DNA from: Phoronis australis | Lineage: Eukaryota; Animalia; Phoronida | Length of the DNA: 64,000 nucleotides | Assembly (NCBI GenBank): GCA_002633005.1 | Contig: NMRA01000036.1 | Location: 310,001 to 374,000 of the forward strand | Direction of reading: 5' to 3' | Part shown: positions 38,281 to 49,374 of the stretch, one piece after another | How the letters are laid out: the number at the start of each line of letters is the position of its first letter | Numbering within the stretch: the first letter of the stretch is position 1 | Position numbers and translations under genes: made by a program | Notes under the pieces: model-generated | The model's input: only the letters and a program-made list of their open reading frames with translations | Told to the model about the DNA's origin: nothing | Databases searched by the model: none

Positions 38281-41200
38281 TTATTTAAATGGAACCCAGG
38301 GATATGCATAGTCTAAAAATCACATTTACTCCAGTTAAGTTTGAAAATACTTGGAGATATGTTGAATGAGCATTGTTTGGGCTTCAGTTTCGACTGAATT
38401 AATTTGTGTTAAATGTACGTTTGATGAAGCTTTTAACTAAAATGAAGCGGATATGGCATTTTAAAGCAAACGTTTGTAAAGGCGTCCTATGTGTCATCTT
38501 GCTAGTAATTAGCATAACGTTAATGTGCAAAATGCTGATATTCTGGCCATTGACGTGCGATCATTATGGACGAACAGAGAACAATCACAAATGACACGAA
38601 CGTCATTGAAATGTAAATTCCTCACTGTTAGATACATGAGATCTTCCTGCTGATTTGCTGGGTTGTGGCCGATGAGAAGGAAGAAGGTCAGACCCCTGGC
38701 GTGTGTTATGCGAAAAAATTCAGCCGGCGGTTAAGACACGCAATTGCCTTCTAATTGGACGATATGCAACTGGATAAGTGGTCACAATGGATATACTAAG
38801 CTGTCAATAGTGAATGGAAATGAATAAATAATTTGGAACACAAAAGCTACTAATTGCATCAATGGTGAAAGCTGGGTCTATTTGAGGATACGCTTGTGAT
38901 TTGATTTATTAATCGTGTTCAAAGTATTAGACGGAGTCTTTATCATAGCTCCAGCTGGGATTGTCAGTCACTAGTCAATGAAAATGCATAGGTTTGTACA
39001 CGAATTCATTGTTTTGATTTCATGGCACTGAAATAACCGTTTTCTCAAAGTGTTTTTGCTACCAGCTTTGCTTTTGAAGGAGTCTTTGACCTCAACAGCG
39101 AGACAACGAGCCATAAACTAGTTTGAGGACTTCTTTTGAAGTCAGTAACTGAAGAATTGTAGTTTGGTTCGTTAAAATTATGTTCAGTGAAAATCAAATT
39201 AAAGAAAAATAACGTTTGTTCGATTGTCCACCTGTCTGTCTGTTTATCTAATGGGCTATCTGTGTGGACCTTTTTTGGTTAGAGAATTGTTGGATGTTCA
39301 TGTTGTTGTCGGTCGCCATCTATTGGCTGCAAATGCAGGTGTACGTTCTCTGGATCCTTTGATTGGTTTCATTCTGTCTGGCAGACGCGTGTCCCACAAT
39401 CGATTGCTGTCCTCCCATGAATCTGATAGTGGTGGTGAATCTGCCTGCCTGACTGCTATTTGTAGGATATCGTTAAAATACTAGGCCTACACAGCTTTAA
39501 TATTAACTGTAATGCAGTTTGTGCTGGACTTATGGTGCTGTAATTTTGTATATTTGTAATGGAACGTTAAGTTTTTAAAGATAGAACGTCGTGGACTCGA
39601 CCAAACAACATTGTGCTTACACCAGTCTCAGTAATTACACAGAAAATGGAAAATCAGAGCGTATGGGAACCATTTCACGACCAATATTTCGGGCGCCATA
39701 ATTCAAGCGCGATTTCCATTGACATCACGGGCGCAAATGGGAAATCTCAATTAAGTTCAATGCATTGTCACCATTTGTAACAAAAGATCACATTGTGGAA
39801 ATCGTACGTAATGTAACGTGGTGTCAGAGACCGCAACTTTCTCTTATGCAATTTGTTAACATACCGTAATTGCTTTCGAAACTCCAGAAAGGTTGCGTAC
39901 GGTGATTACCAGGTCCGACACCCATTCAAAAACCGCTATTTTATCTTATGACCTTACTCCAATGGCTTTTAGCGTGCTGCATGGATTGTCTTCTCCATTT
40001 ATCACACGTTCGAGAGTTTTTGACAAAACAAGTACAGAAGGGCATCTATCGTTTGACAATTTCATCCCGTTTTCGTCATCATTAACTGTTTTCTGGCACC
40101 AGTCCATCGATCTTCCTTAACAATTTATATTATCGTTTGCGAGATTGTCACAAGACCAATCCTGCGGATAATGTTTCCGGGAGCAACCCAGTTTCAATGC
40201 TATTATACTGGTTAGAGCAGTCTTCTTGCAAACAAAAGTTGTTTAGAAATTAATGTAGAATTCTGTGCAAATATCGTATGTCATTTTTTCCACACGAAAG
40301 CAATGCGAATTTACGTTCCTCCCGTGTGTTTATTCCCGTCTGATGGTTATTCACACGCGGCTGCATATAAACGGGACTTCCTAACTAGGCTATTAACCTG
40401 CCTCCCGTCGAAGAAACTTACTTTTGATTTAAACGACTTGCCGCTATAACAAAGGTCTCTTGCATGTTGTTTAGATGAGATGTGATTTTTTATCTTAAAA
40501 AACATGAAGGTTCGTTATTGCGCGAGACTGTACTGGACAAACATAATTGCACGCCATGACAAGTCAACTGGTAGTTCATACTCTCAAACGATAACGAACT
40601 CTCAATCCCTTCTTCAATCAGTTTGACTACGATTGGAGACCATGGTAAGTGGTCTCTAGTTGTCATTTTGTGACGGAAGGTGGGTGAATAACCACTGTAA
40701 GTCAAAAATTGCTAAGAGTGCGGATTTCAAACTTGTACAGGAAACGCAAAACACTCAATACTAAACGCGCATAAAATCGTTACTTTTGGAATGCACGAGA
40801 ATTGAAAACCGTTACCAACCTCAGTCGCATTGTTTTTGTTGACATTTTTCAATACTGTAGAATTTGTAAATCATACAAGTGAATTGGTAAATCTGCCTCG
40901 AAGGAGATTTGCGCTCCTGGAGTGTTTCTGTAGTTGGTAATCATCAAACTTGTCCTTCGTTTCACTGTACTGGAGAGATCAAGGTTATGCATACTAAGTC
41001 GTCTAAGTTGCGCTTAAAAGCGAACTGTATTTTATTCTGAATAAGTTTTGCATAGTTTTCCGTGAGTTGTTGATTAATGTCACTAATAATTCAACAGCAA
41101 AAAAGGAAAAAATTATATTTTCTAACGAAACTCAAAAAATTGGTTCAAATGGTTCCATAATCACCCGCTTGGAGCGCTGCTTCTCGTGACGTATTTGGTG

Positions 41201-42128
41201 GGGCAAGGTCAGTGTCCTATTTTAGCGTGATATCAAGTGGCGTTCTTCAAATTTTAATGTGAAATGTCAGGTTACCAGGGATACCTGTTTGAGCTGAGGC
41301 ACCACAAAGTGATAATACCCAGTAGTCGTCATTGTCAGGTGAAAACATACCGGTGCAACCAGCCCGTATCAACAATTTACACAGGTGTGACTGTAGGCAG
41401 TGCGGACTCTAGCCAGCCAGCCAGCAAGCTACCAGTTAATCCGCAGCTCTGTAAACTATTTCAAGCTTGTTTAGTTACCGACTATAGTTGAATGAAGATT
41501 ATTGTCAAAGAACAGTTAGGTACCACTGTGTGTTGAGCTCGTTAGACCCCGAAATTTCACACAGCCAGGGACTACTCGAGAAGCTATGCTCGTCACCTCG
41601 TCGTCGGTGAAACTTTTATCAACATCTAGACCTGCGGGTGGAAACAATCTAATAAATGTCATTTTCTAGCATCATTCTCCGCCGTTTGTAAAAAAGAAAA
41701 GCCTGTCGTCCGTTTTCAAAAACTAGCTCGTAAATCTAACAAACTAAGAGCTGTAAATGATATATGAATTAATCATGTGGTGGTACAACTGCGGTATCTT
41801 GAGAAAGTAAACGCCATTTTAAAGTGCTGTGAATGAAAGGTTTAAAAGCTAATTACGTCAATAATTATTGTAATAGGATTAATTTTTTTTATCTTCATAA
41901 GACACCTGCTAATTAATTGACTAAAGTACGGAACAATGAACAGTAAATAAAACTGCTGGAGATGATAACAACTTCCTTTAACTAATAAATGTTTATTGTT
42001 TTTGTGTTGGGCTCTTTTCAAAGTCAAAGGTAGACATTATTAAGTGAACGTTTTAATTATTGAGTGGCATATTTCAGTGACCAAGTAAAGAACTATGTAA
42101 GTCTGCCAGTAGTTTTTAGTATTTACCG

Positions 42129-42389
42129 AAGTAAGTAAGTAAGTAAGTAAATAAGTAAGTAAGTAAGTAAGTATACTAGGAAGCATGTAAGTAAATAAGT
42201 GAGAAGTAAGTATTGAGTAAGTAACTAATTAAGTAAGTAAGTTAGTAAGAAAGTAAGTGTTTAAGTAAGTAATTAACTAAGTAAGTAATAAGTAAGTATG
42301 TAAGTAGGTAAGTAAGTAGGTAAATATAAAAGTAAGTATGTAAGGAAGTATATAAAAACGAGAATAGGTAATTATATAAGAAAGTGATC

Positions 42390-42420
<31 letters not shown>

Positions 42421-42508
42421 TAAGTAAGTAAGTAAGTAAATAAGTAAGTATATAAGTAAGCAAGAAAGTAAGTAAGTAAGTAAGTAAATAAGTAAGTGAA
42501 TACGTAAA

Positions 42509-42544
<36 letters not shown>

Positions 42545-42566
42545 TAAGCATAAGTATGTAAGTAAT
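42129..42566 (+). repeat. (GTAA)n tetranucleotide microsatellite
   Basis: Direct reading. It explains the spurious LLTY ORFs on the minus strand. Confidence 0.95.
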
Positions 42567-43051
42567 ATACCTCGTACGCATTGTTATGTCACGACAAACT
42601 AATTCTGGAGACATTATTTGTAAAAATGAACTTAATAAAGCGTTTTGCCCTTTACAACCACTTTTAGGGGTATCTATGGGTGCAGGGTACCCTAAACAGG
42701 CAGGTTATACGGAGGTTCTTGTCTTTTACCGGTAAACGGTATCAAGTAGAAACTTTGAAATAAAAATTTTGATGGAATACTATTATCGCAACTCTACCAT
42801 GAGTCGAAATACGACAATAAAATTAGTCGCCTGCCTGGTATTGAATAAACCATGGTTGCGTTCCGTAATGCATTTTTGCGAGTTTGGCGAGATCACGACA
42901 GTCCTCACAAAATATCGACTTGGATCACGAATAAAACACCTGATTACAGCTTAGTAACGCTAGTATCTCGCTGTAAATCAAGATCTCCCGAGGTTGTGCG
43001 AGATATCGCCGTGTATTTGCGATAAAAACAGATGGTTTTGGGTAGATTTTT

Positions 43052-43135
43052 TTCGCCGCCAGACAGTTACTCGAACCCGTCCTCCTAGCTCTCAATGGCG
43101 AGTATCTGTCATTACAGAACGGACCCTAGCGTATA
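43052..43135 (-). mobile_element. tRNA-derived SINE head (degenerate)
   Basis: Minus strand GTTCTGTAATGACAGATACTCGCC ... GGGTTCGAGT, resembling A and B boxes. It does not fold into an intact tRNA. Confidence 0.4.
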
Positions 43136-45210
43136 ACACGGTAGAATTCATCACCTTACTTTCACTCACGTGGTCTTTCAAATTAAGCATTATGTGTAAT
43201 AAAACGCCTTGATTATCATTAATGACCGATAATTACAACTTGGGATCTGCGTTACAAACTTTCGATTACAGAGCTCAGTCCACTCGTAATTAGCACAAAA
43301 GTGTTTGATAATAAACTGCGTGCTAGTTGTACGTGTTCTTCCGACACGTCGATCAGGCTATTAATTCAACCAACTTGGGCTCGGGAAAATGGAGACACTA
43401 CAATCGTCTTCCATCTTTAGTCAAACATTCGTTGGTCGCGGAGACGCAGAGATGATTTTTCGATGAGTTTGGGGCACTTACAGTTCAAGTCAACGATTTT
43501 TCGGAGAACGAACACGGGGAAGGGCCTGGGCTATATAATAACAAGTGGTAGACAAACTGAATATACGTCAGAATAAATAAGCCCAAAATGAAACCTTCGA
43601 AACTTTTCGCATGTATTTTCTTTTCTTTACAGAGTGTAAATTAGGCAAACAATCAAATACGTGAAACATGCATGTATGTAGTTGGCAGCACATGTGTCTT
43701 ACGAAAACACGACCTCGCCGACAACCCAAGACTCAATGTATTCGTATTCACTACACCACACTACCTGTGGCCGGCAGCAAAACTTTACGCTAAGACAGTT
43801 TTCCTCATCCTCAGCTGTTGTACGGAATATAAGTGTTAGTAGTGCAAGTAATCACTGAACCTAACTTGATATCACTAGCAACTACGGAACAACCAAGCTC
43901 CTTGAATCGAAGCTCATATATGTGAATGCCTTAGTAATCTTTTGTGAATGAAGTGAAAGATCTCGAATTGCTGTCTGTAACAACAATTTTTTGCTCAGTA
44001 AAATTTGTGATAATGTGTCTTCATGGTGAGCATCGCGTTTAGTGAAGTATCATCGGGAGCAAATCGAAAACAACGTGACGCGCGTGCGAGAATCTGATGA
44101 AAACGTAAGGAAACGCAAGACGTCGCGGAACATCGTCATGTATTACAAGCAAAGCTTGTGATCACACTGTCTTCCGTAGCAAGTTTCTTGTGTCTACGAA
44201 ACTACTCTGTTGTTGTATTTGAATTGCGCTTGTGGGACTTCGACACAGGAACTATAATGGTGCCTATGCCTAACAGCGTTTGCTGGAACAATCCATTGAG
44301 ATTGATAGCGAAATAATAGCCTGTGATTAGTTTTGTTTAATACCCTTTATACGTCATTTCTGCAGCCTACTCCCAACCCGTGTATAAATGAGAAATGACA
44401 AATGCTTAAGAAACAAAGGTTTACAGTTATTGCCAGTATTAGGAATGTACACTTGATTCCTATCAGATTCATGCCGATGGTCATGCTCCGAACTTATGTT
44501 GCTTTAATATCTTATTAAAGGTTCATGTTAATTCACATGCCAACCCACAAAAGCCAGTTCCGTAACCTTTTTGTGTTTTAAAAATATACACCCGACTAAT
44601 TCTGTCAACAATAAGTTTCAATTAAGATTTCTTATCGTTTTAAAACCGATCTCGGATTATGGGGAAAATTGGTTAAACACACTACGCTATTTTCTACAAT
44701 TTTAATTTAAGATACTTGGTGAACTGGGTCGAGTTCAATAACTGTCTCGCGGCGAGAAAAAAGTTTGTCAAAATCACGAGCTTTCATTGAAATGCACGTC
44801 GATGCCTCGCGAGATCTTGCTCTTCTAGCAAGACACTAGCGTTAATGAACCCGACCCAGCACTATTCCTTGTTCTTGACCTTAGAGGAACGTCAAATATA
44901 CCAAGAGTTCCATTAAAACTGTCTTGTATCCAGGTAGCTCTGCGTACAAGTAGTACTGTTGCCAAACTATAATCAGTTAACAAAATGATTTATGGGCATG
45001 ACACGTGAGAGTCAACGCGAGTTGTCTTAACCCGGCTAGTCCTTTAAAGCACCAAAGATTTTGAAGGTCTCAAGCTGTGATTTTCTCCTAAACTAAGAAA
45101 TCGCTTCTGACATGAAAAATGAGCTATAGATACCGGTGTTGAACAGCAATATGATCTAAATAAAAATCACCATAATAACTACATTGCGTTTATCGTGCTC
45201 GCGTGTGAAT

Positions 45211-46554
45211 TGACCTATCGCAAGCTCCGCCCCTATGCGAAAAGTCACGTGATACCCGACATTCGAACGAGATGTCAGAGGCAAATACACTGTCGCTAAA
45301 CGACGTTCCTGGTGGAATCGATGAGTGTTTTTGCACTATTTGAAAACGCGTCGACAGAGACAAGAGGCGATGCTTTTCAACAGTGAATCGTACGTTCATG
45401 ATATGGGAATTTGTAAAGGTGACGATGAAAAAATAAGTGCTCGAGGAGCCAGAGAAAATCCGAAGAACCCCTCGGCCTCGGGGNNNNNNNNNNNNNNNNN
45501 NNNNNNNNNNNNNNNNNNNNNNNNNNNNNNNNNNNNNNNNNNNNNNNNNNNNNNNNNNNNNNNNNNNNNNNNNNNNNNNNNNNNNNNNNNNNNNNNNNNN
45601 NNNNNNNNNNNNNNNNNNNNNNNNNNNNNNNNNNNNNNNNNNNNNNNNNNNNNNNNNNNNNNNNNNNNNNNNNNNNNNNNNNNNNNNNNNNNNNNNNNNN
45701 NNNNNNNNNNNNNNNNNNNNNNNNNNNNNNNNNNNNNNNNNNNNNNNNNNNNNNNNNNNNNNNNNNNNNNNNNNNNNNNNNNNNNNNNNNNNNNNNNNNN
45801 NNNNNNNNNNNNNNNNNNNNNNNNNNNNNNNNNNNNNNNNNNNNNNNNNNAGGTACATTTTTGTTATTCATAAACCGTAAGCTGGCGTTCAACTGAATTT
45901 TGACCGGGAGAGAAGTTCAGTTGAACGCCAGCTTACGGTTTATGAATAACAAAAATGTACCTTTGATACGAAACAAAATAATGTCCATTAAGTTGAAATA
46001 AATAAAAAAACATAAAATAAAAATGTTCTTGAAAACAACAATTTCCGGGGACTACCGCTAGAGTGCTGAGATCCAGCAGGTGCCGAGACAAAGGCGGCCA
46101 GACGTAGCCAACTCGGGAGTCAAAATCTGAGATAGCCCTGCACCATAGCCGCCAAGCTGAAAAGTGCGTATCTAGGAACTAATATATTTGTGTTTATTAC
46201 AGCCTTCGAGTTATCAAGCAACATCGCTAAGTTCAGCTGCTCGTGTGGGCCTAGAGTTTGATCCATAGTTTACGCTTTTAAACATCACTTTTCGGCTTAG
46301 GACATGCTGCCAAAAATGACGGGATATTATTCTGGAGCAGCATAACGGCTGTCGGGGCTACACACGTCATATCAACACTGTTTGCCCATTCTTAGCGGAC
46401 AATTTCTTGAGCTATAGACTAAAGTAAGTTTTACTCGACTGCGTGTGGTTTGTCGGGTAAAATGGCGGCTTGGAAACGCAGACGAAGGTGTGCCAAGAAT
46501 GCTGCGTTCTGATTGGTCAATTAAGCCGTCCGTCATAATCCTGGCGATAGGTCA
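45211..46554. mobile_element. ISL2EU-like DNA transposon, copy 2 (spans the assembly gap)
   Basis: AT|TGACCTATCGC ... GCGATAGGTCA|AT gives a perfect TIR with an AT duplication. The + remnant from 45272 reads ...AMLFNSESYVHDMGIC. The - strand THAP remnant from 46389 reads MGKQC*YDVCSPDSRY...PKPK...LWIKL. Confidence 0.75.
45484..45850. other. Assembly gap (N run)
   Basis: Run of N bases. Confidence 1.
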
Positions 46555-46568
46555 ATTAATGAAGAACA

Positions 46569-46586
46569 TTCTTTTTACCTTTTCAG
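46569..46586 (+). promoter_or_regulatory. Splice acceptor in the 5' UTR of the ELH-like gene
   Basis: TTCTTTTTACCTTTTCAG, with 28 nt of A-rich leader between the AG and the ATG. Confidence 0.8.
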
Positions 46587-46614
46587 AACAAGGGAACAAA
46601 CACAGAAAGAAAGA

Positions 46615-47238
46615 ATGAAAAGTATACATGTGCCAACCGCTGTTATTCTGGTATTAGGACTAATTTTGGTGTTCGAAGCTACAACAAACAACGGATTGAA
46701 GCTTCGAGGACGCGGACCCAGTCTGTCAATAAGACAAGATTTAGGCTATCTAGCTAGACTTCTTTCTTTTAGAACGAGGTCACGAGCTCAGAAGAACATT
46801 CGACACAATCTCAGTAACCTGGGGAAACGTTCCGTGGACGAGTTCTTATCTAATGGAGCGGTGCAACAGGCCGAGTTATTGCGCCATCGACGACTTTCGG
46901 CTTCGGTTCCAACGGCGTCATTGGCCGAAATGTTGCGCGCGCACACAAGTCGTTTTAACACCAAACGGATTCTTCAGTTGGCAGAAAGGCAGTCAACATT
47001 ACCAGACGAAGAAATCAACGCCGAACAAGCTGACATGACTGTCCCAGAAAAAGATGCCAAACATGACAAAAAACACATATTATCGCCAGAAGAGGAGACA
47101 TTTCTGTACGAATCTATTAAGCAGTTCATTCTACAAAACTTAGACGATTTTTTAGATTTTCTTTCAAACAGCATGGAACGGAAGGATTCGACGGAGACGT
47201 CCGTTTCCGTAGACGTTAAAAGCAGTAAAGTAAAATGA
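46615..47238 (+). CDS. ELH: Egg-laying hormone (ELH)/DH44/CRH-family neuropeptide precursor, 207 aa
   Basis: Hydrophobic signal peptide (about aa 1-22/24). RGR-GPSLSIRQDLGYLARLLSFRTRSRAQKNIRHNLSNL-GKR combines the DH44-type PSLSI and ELH-type SIxQDL motifs with an amidation signal. A second copy RHRR-LSASVPTASLAEMLRAH follows, then an acidic C-terminal region. It is the longest non-repetitive ORF in the window and has an upstream acceptor. Confidence 0.88.
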   Translation: MKSIHVPTAVILVLGLILVFEATTNNGLKLRGRGPSLSIRQDLGYLARLLSFRTRSRAQKNIRHNLSNLGKRSVDEFLSNGAVQQAELLRHRRLSASVPTASLAEMLRAHTSRFNTKRILQLAERQSTLPDEEINAEQADMTVPEKDAKHDKKHILSPEEETFLYESIKQFILQNLDDFLDFLSNSMERKDSTETSVSVDVKSSKVK

Positions 47239-48629
47239 AAGGCACCCATCGGCAGCAACTCGGCTTTTATTTGGTCTTAACGACACACGATAGATAACAC
47301 ATACTTTTCAGAACTCCTGTCTGTGATCACGTGCGTGCGTGCCTGTGTATTTGGCGTGAATGGGTGTATGCGTTACGGGTGCTCGTTCGTTCTCGAGAAG
47401 ACAATGGGTTCCTACGTACGACGTCACATAGGTAACATATCGACATCTTCCGTTCTGTTTAACCTCTACTTAAAATGAAAGACTCTGTTGCGGTACTTTA
47501 TGCAGCAGAAGCATCAATGCCGGACTGAGCTCCATAGATGCAAGAATCTAGTGAACGTGATCACGTATTTCGCGTAAATACGACGCGAGGTTCTCGCGTC
47601 TACGGAACCCATGCCAGTTTTTAGCTATAGAGATCCGTGCGAACAACGGGAACTAGCTAAAATGTTTACCTTATGATTAGAAAATATTATCGAATGTGTC
47701 ATTTTGACCGCGTATCCTTCCAGCAATGAATGGAAAATCCTTGGAATGCATGTCGAAGGAAGAAGTGCTCACGTCGTGGTATGCAGATAATGACATCAAT
47801 TTGAAAATACACATGGAAAATATCCTGTGTTTTTAAAAAAATCGATAAATTTTCGTCCTTTAGAATTGTCATAAAATCTTTGAGGCCGCGTTTAACAAAA
47901 TTTCGTAGATTTTTGAAAAAGGATTTCCTAATTAACAGTTAGTTGGTATTTTAAGTCTGTGTGTCCAAACAGTTTGTGACGAGAGCTTCTTGAGAATGAA
48001 TTTTGGCTCAAACAAAAATGATGTCTCGATGGTTTTGAACCTTTTCGTTATTTACGAGTGTGCAGTTTTGTGGGTGAATATTTATGAAATACATCGCATT
48101 TAAGAAAAGCAACTAATTAAATTTCCGAAAAACCATAAAACGTTGTAAATATCAAAGACCACTTTCCGTCCAATAGGCCTTTTGCGAGTTTATAACAATA
48201 ACGCGAGATTATGTGAGACTTAACTGTGACGTCACGGGAAGCTAACTACTGCGAACAACACCAATGATGTCTGAGTGGCTAACTAGTCTTATTATACAAA
48301 TTTGGACAGGTTTCATAGCTCTAAATTCATATTTCTGAGTCAACAGTTCTCCATATTAAGCGTTCATACCTTTATATTAACCCACCGAGGTATCTGTTAT
48401 ACTTGATTTAGTACTCGAGCACTGTTGCTTTTTCGTCTGATTTTTTAGTCTCTTATTAGGTTATCTTGTTCTAACCTGCTTTGATGTACTGATATCGTCT
48501 ACAGTGTCTTGATCAGTCACATGGCGAATAGCTACATTTAATGTCCGGGGGGCATAAATTAAAAGTCATATTACACAGTAAGTATTACGCTATATCGGCA
48601 TTGTCGCACAAAATCATCTGTGGTTGTGT

Positions 48630-49374
48630 AATAAAACCTAAAATCGCCCCAAAGGTCAGCCAATATTTGTACAATAAAATATGGTCGAATGCATATTTTG
48701 AAATTGCACACGTAATAAGTATATAAAACGGAAATAGAATATTCAGTGGGAAATAATTGTACAAAGCTTGAGTGTCCGGAACTACTAACACAGAGTGACT
48801 TTATTCGCATTTTCTGTAATAGATTGGTAATTACAATCACTTTGATGTTAGTGTTTGTCTCTGCACTACTTGCAAATGTTGCTACTGATGAAACATTGAC
48901 GAATTTATTTCGTAAGATCAACGTTGGCTATCAATGATTGCCAGCGAATCTTACTCGCGGTCGTTGATTGCACAGGAAAGAATAAGGCTGTGAGTGACGC
49001 AATTAGTAAGTAGAGTCGTGTAATCTTTTGTTTTCTCTTCATCAAAGATCGTAAGTCTAGTCTTAACTTTGACTGTCGCTTTTGATCTATTACACACGCC
49101 ATTAACGTGGCTCGTGAAGGCAGTCGGGAAGTCTGCAATAACATGCCTACGACAGTTTGAAGCTACGATCCGATTTACTACCTTGGGTGAAAAGGATATG
49201 TTCTGTTTTTTCGATTCAAGGTCATTTATGTCAAAATAAAGATGTGTATTTTCTCTAAGTTGTAGAAATTTAATCATTGTACTCGTCTCAAGACAGAAGT
49301 TGATCAGTGCTTTGTGACACAGTAATTCATATATTGCTTCATGGAATTTTCATGTCAGTTACTGTTTTAATAAA
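48630..49374 (+). terminator. Candidate polyadenylation signals of the ELH-like mRNA
   Basis: AATAAA at 48630, 48673 and 49369, the last followed by a T-rich tract. Which one is used cannot be determined from sequence. Confidence 0.35.

Noticed and set aside
42242-42614. LLTY-repeat membrane-like ORFs
   Set aside because: Antisense translation of the (GTAA)n microsatellite.
43052-43135. tRNA gene
   Set aside because: The acceptor and T stems do not pair properly. It is better explained as a SINE head.
44383-44400. Alternative TATA box (TATAAAT) for the ELH gene; also TATAAATA at 26610
   Set aside because: No well-spaced Inr plus nearby consensus donor, unlike 35591-35704. Kept only as fallback candidates.
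45190-45892. ORFs of 147-222 aa
   Set aside because: Their length comes from the N gap. Only the short transposon-derived N-terminus is real.
46853-47258. Overlapping alternative-frame and antisense ORFs within the ELH CDS
   Set aside because: Short shadow ORFs of a real coding region, with no independent features.
48226-48235. Perfect CRE palindrome GTGACGTCAC (TGACGTCA also at 26088 and 62635)
   Set aside because: It is not near the candidate promoter. One other copy abuts a SINE head and one is inside a Kolobok. A few 8-mers are expected by chance in 64 kb.
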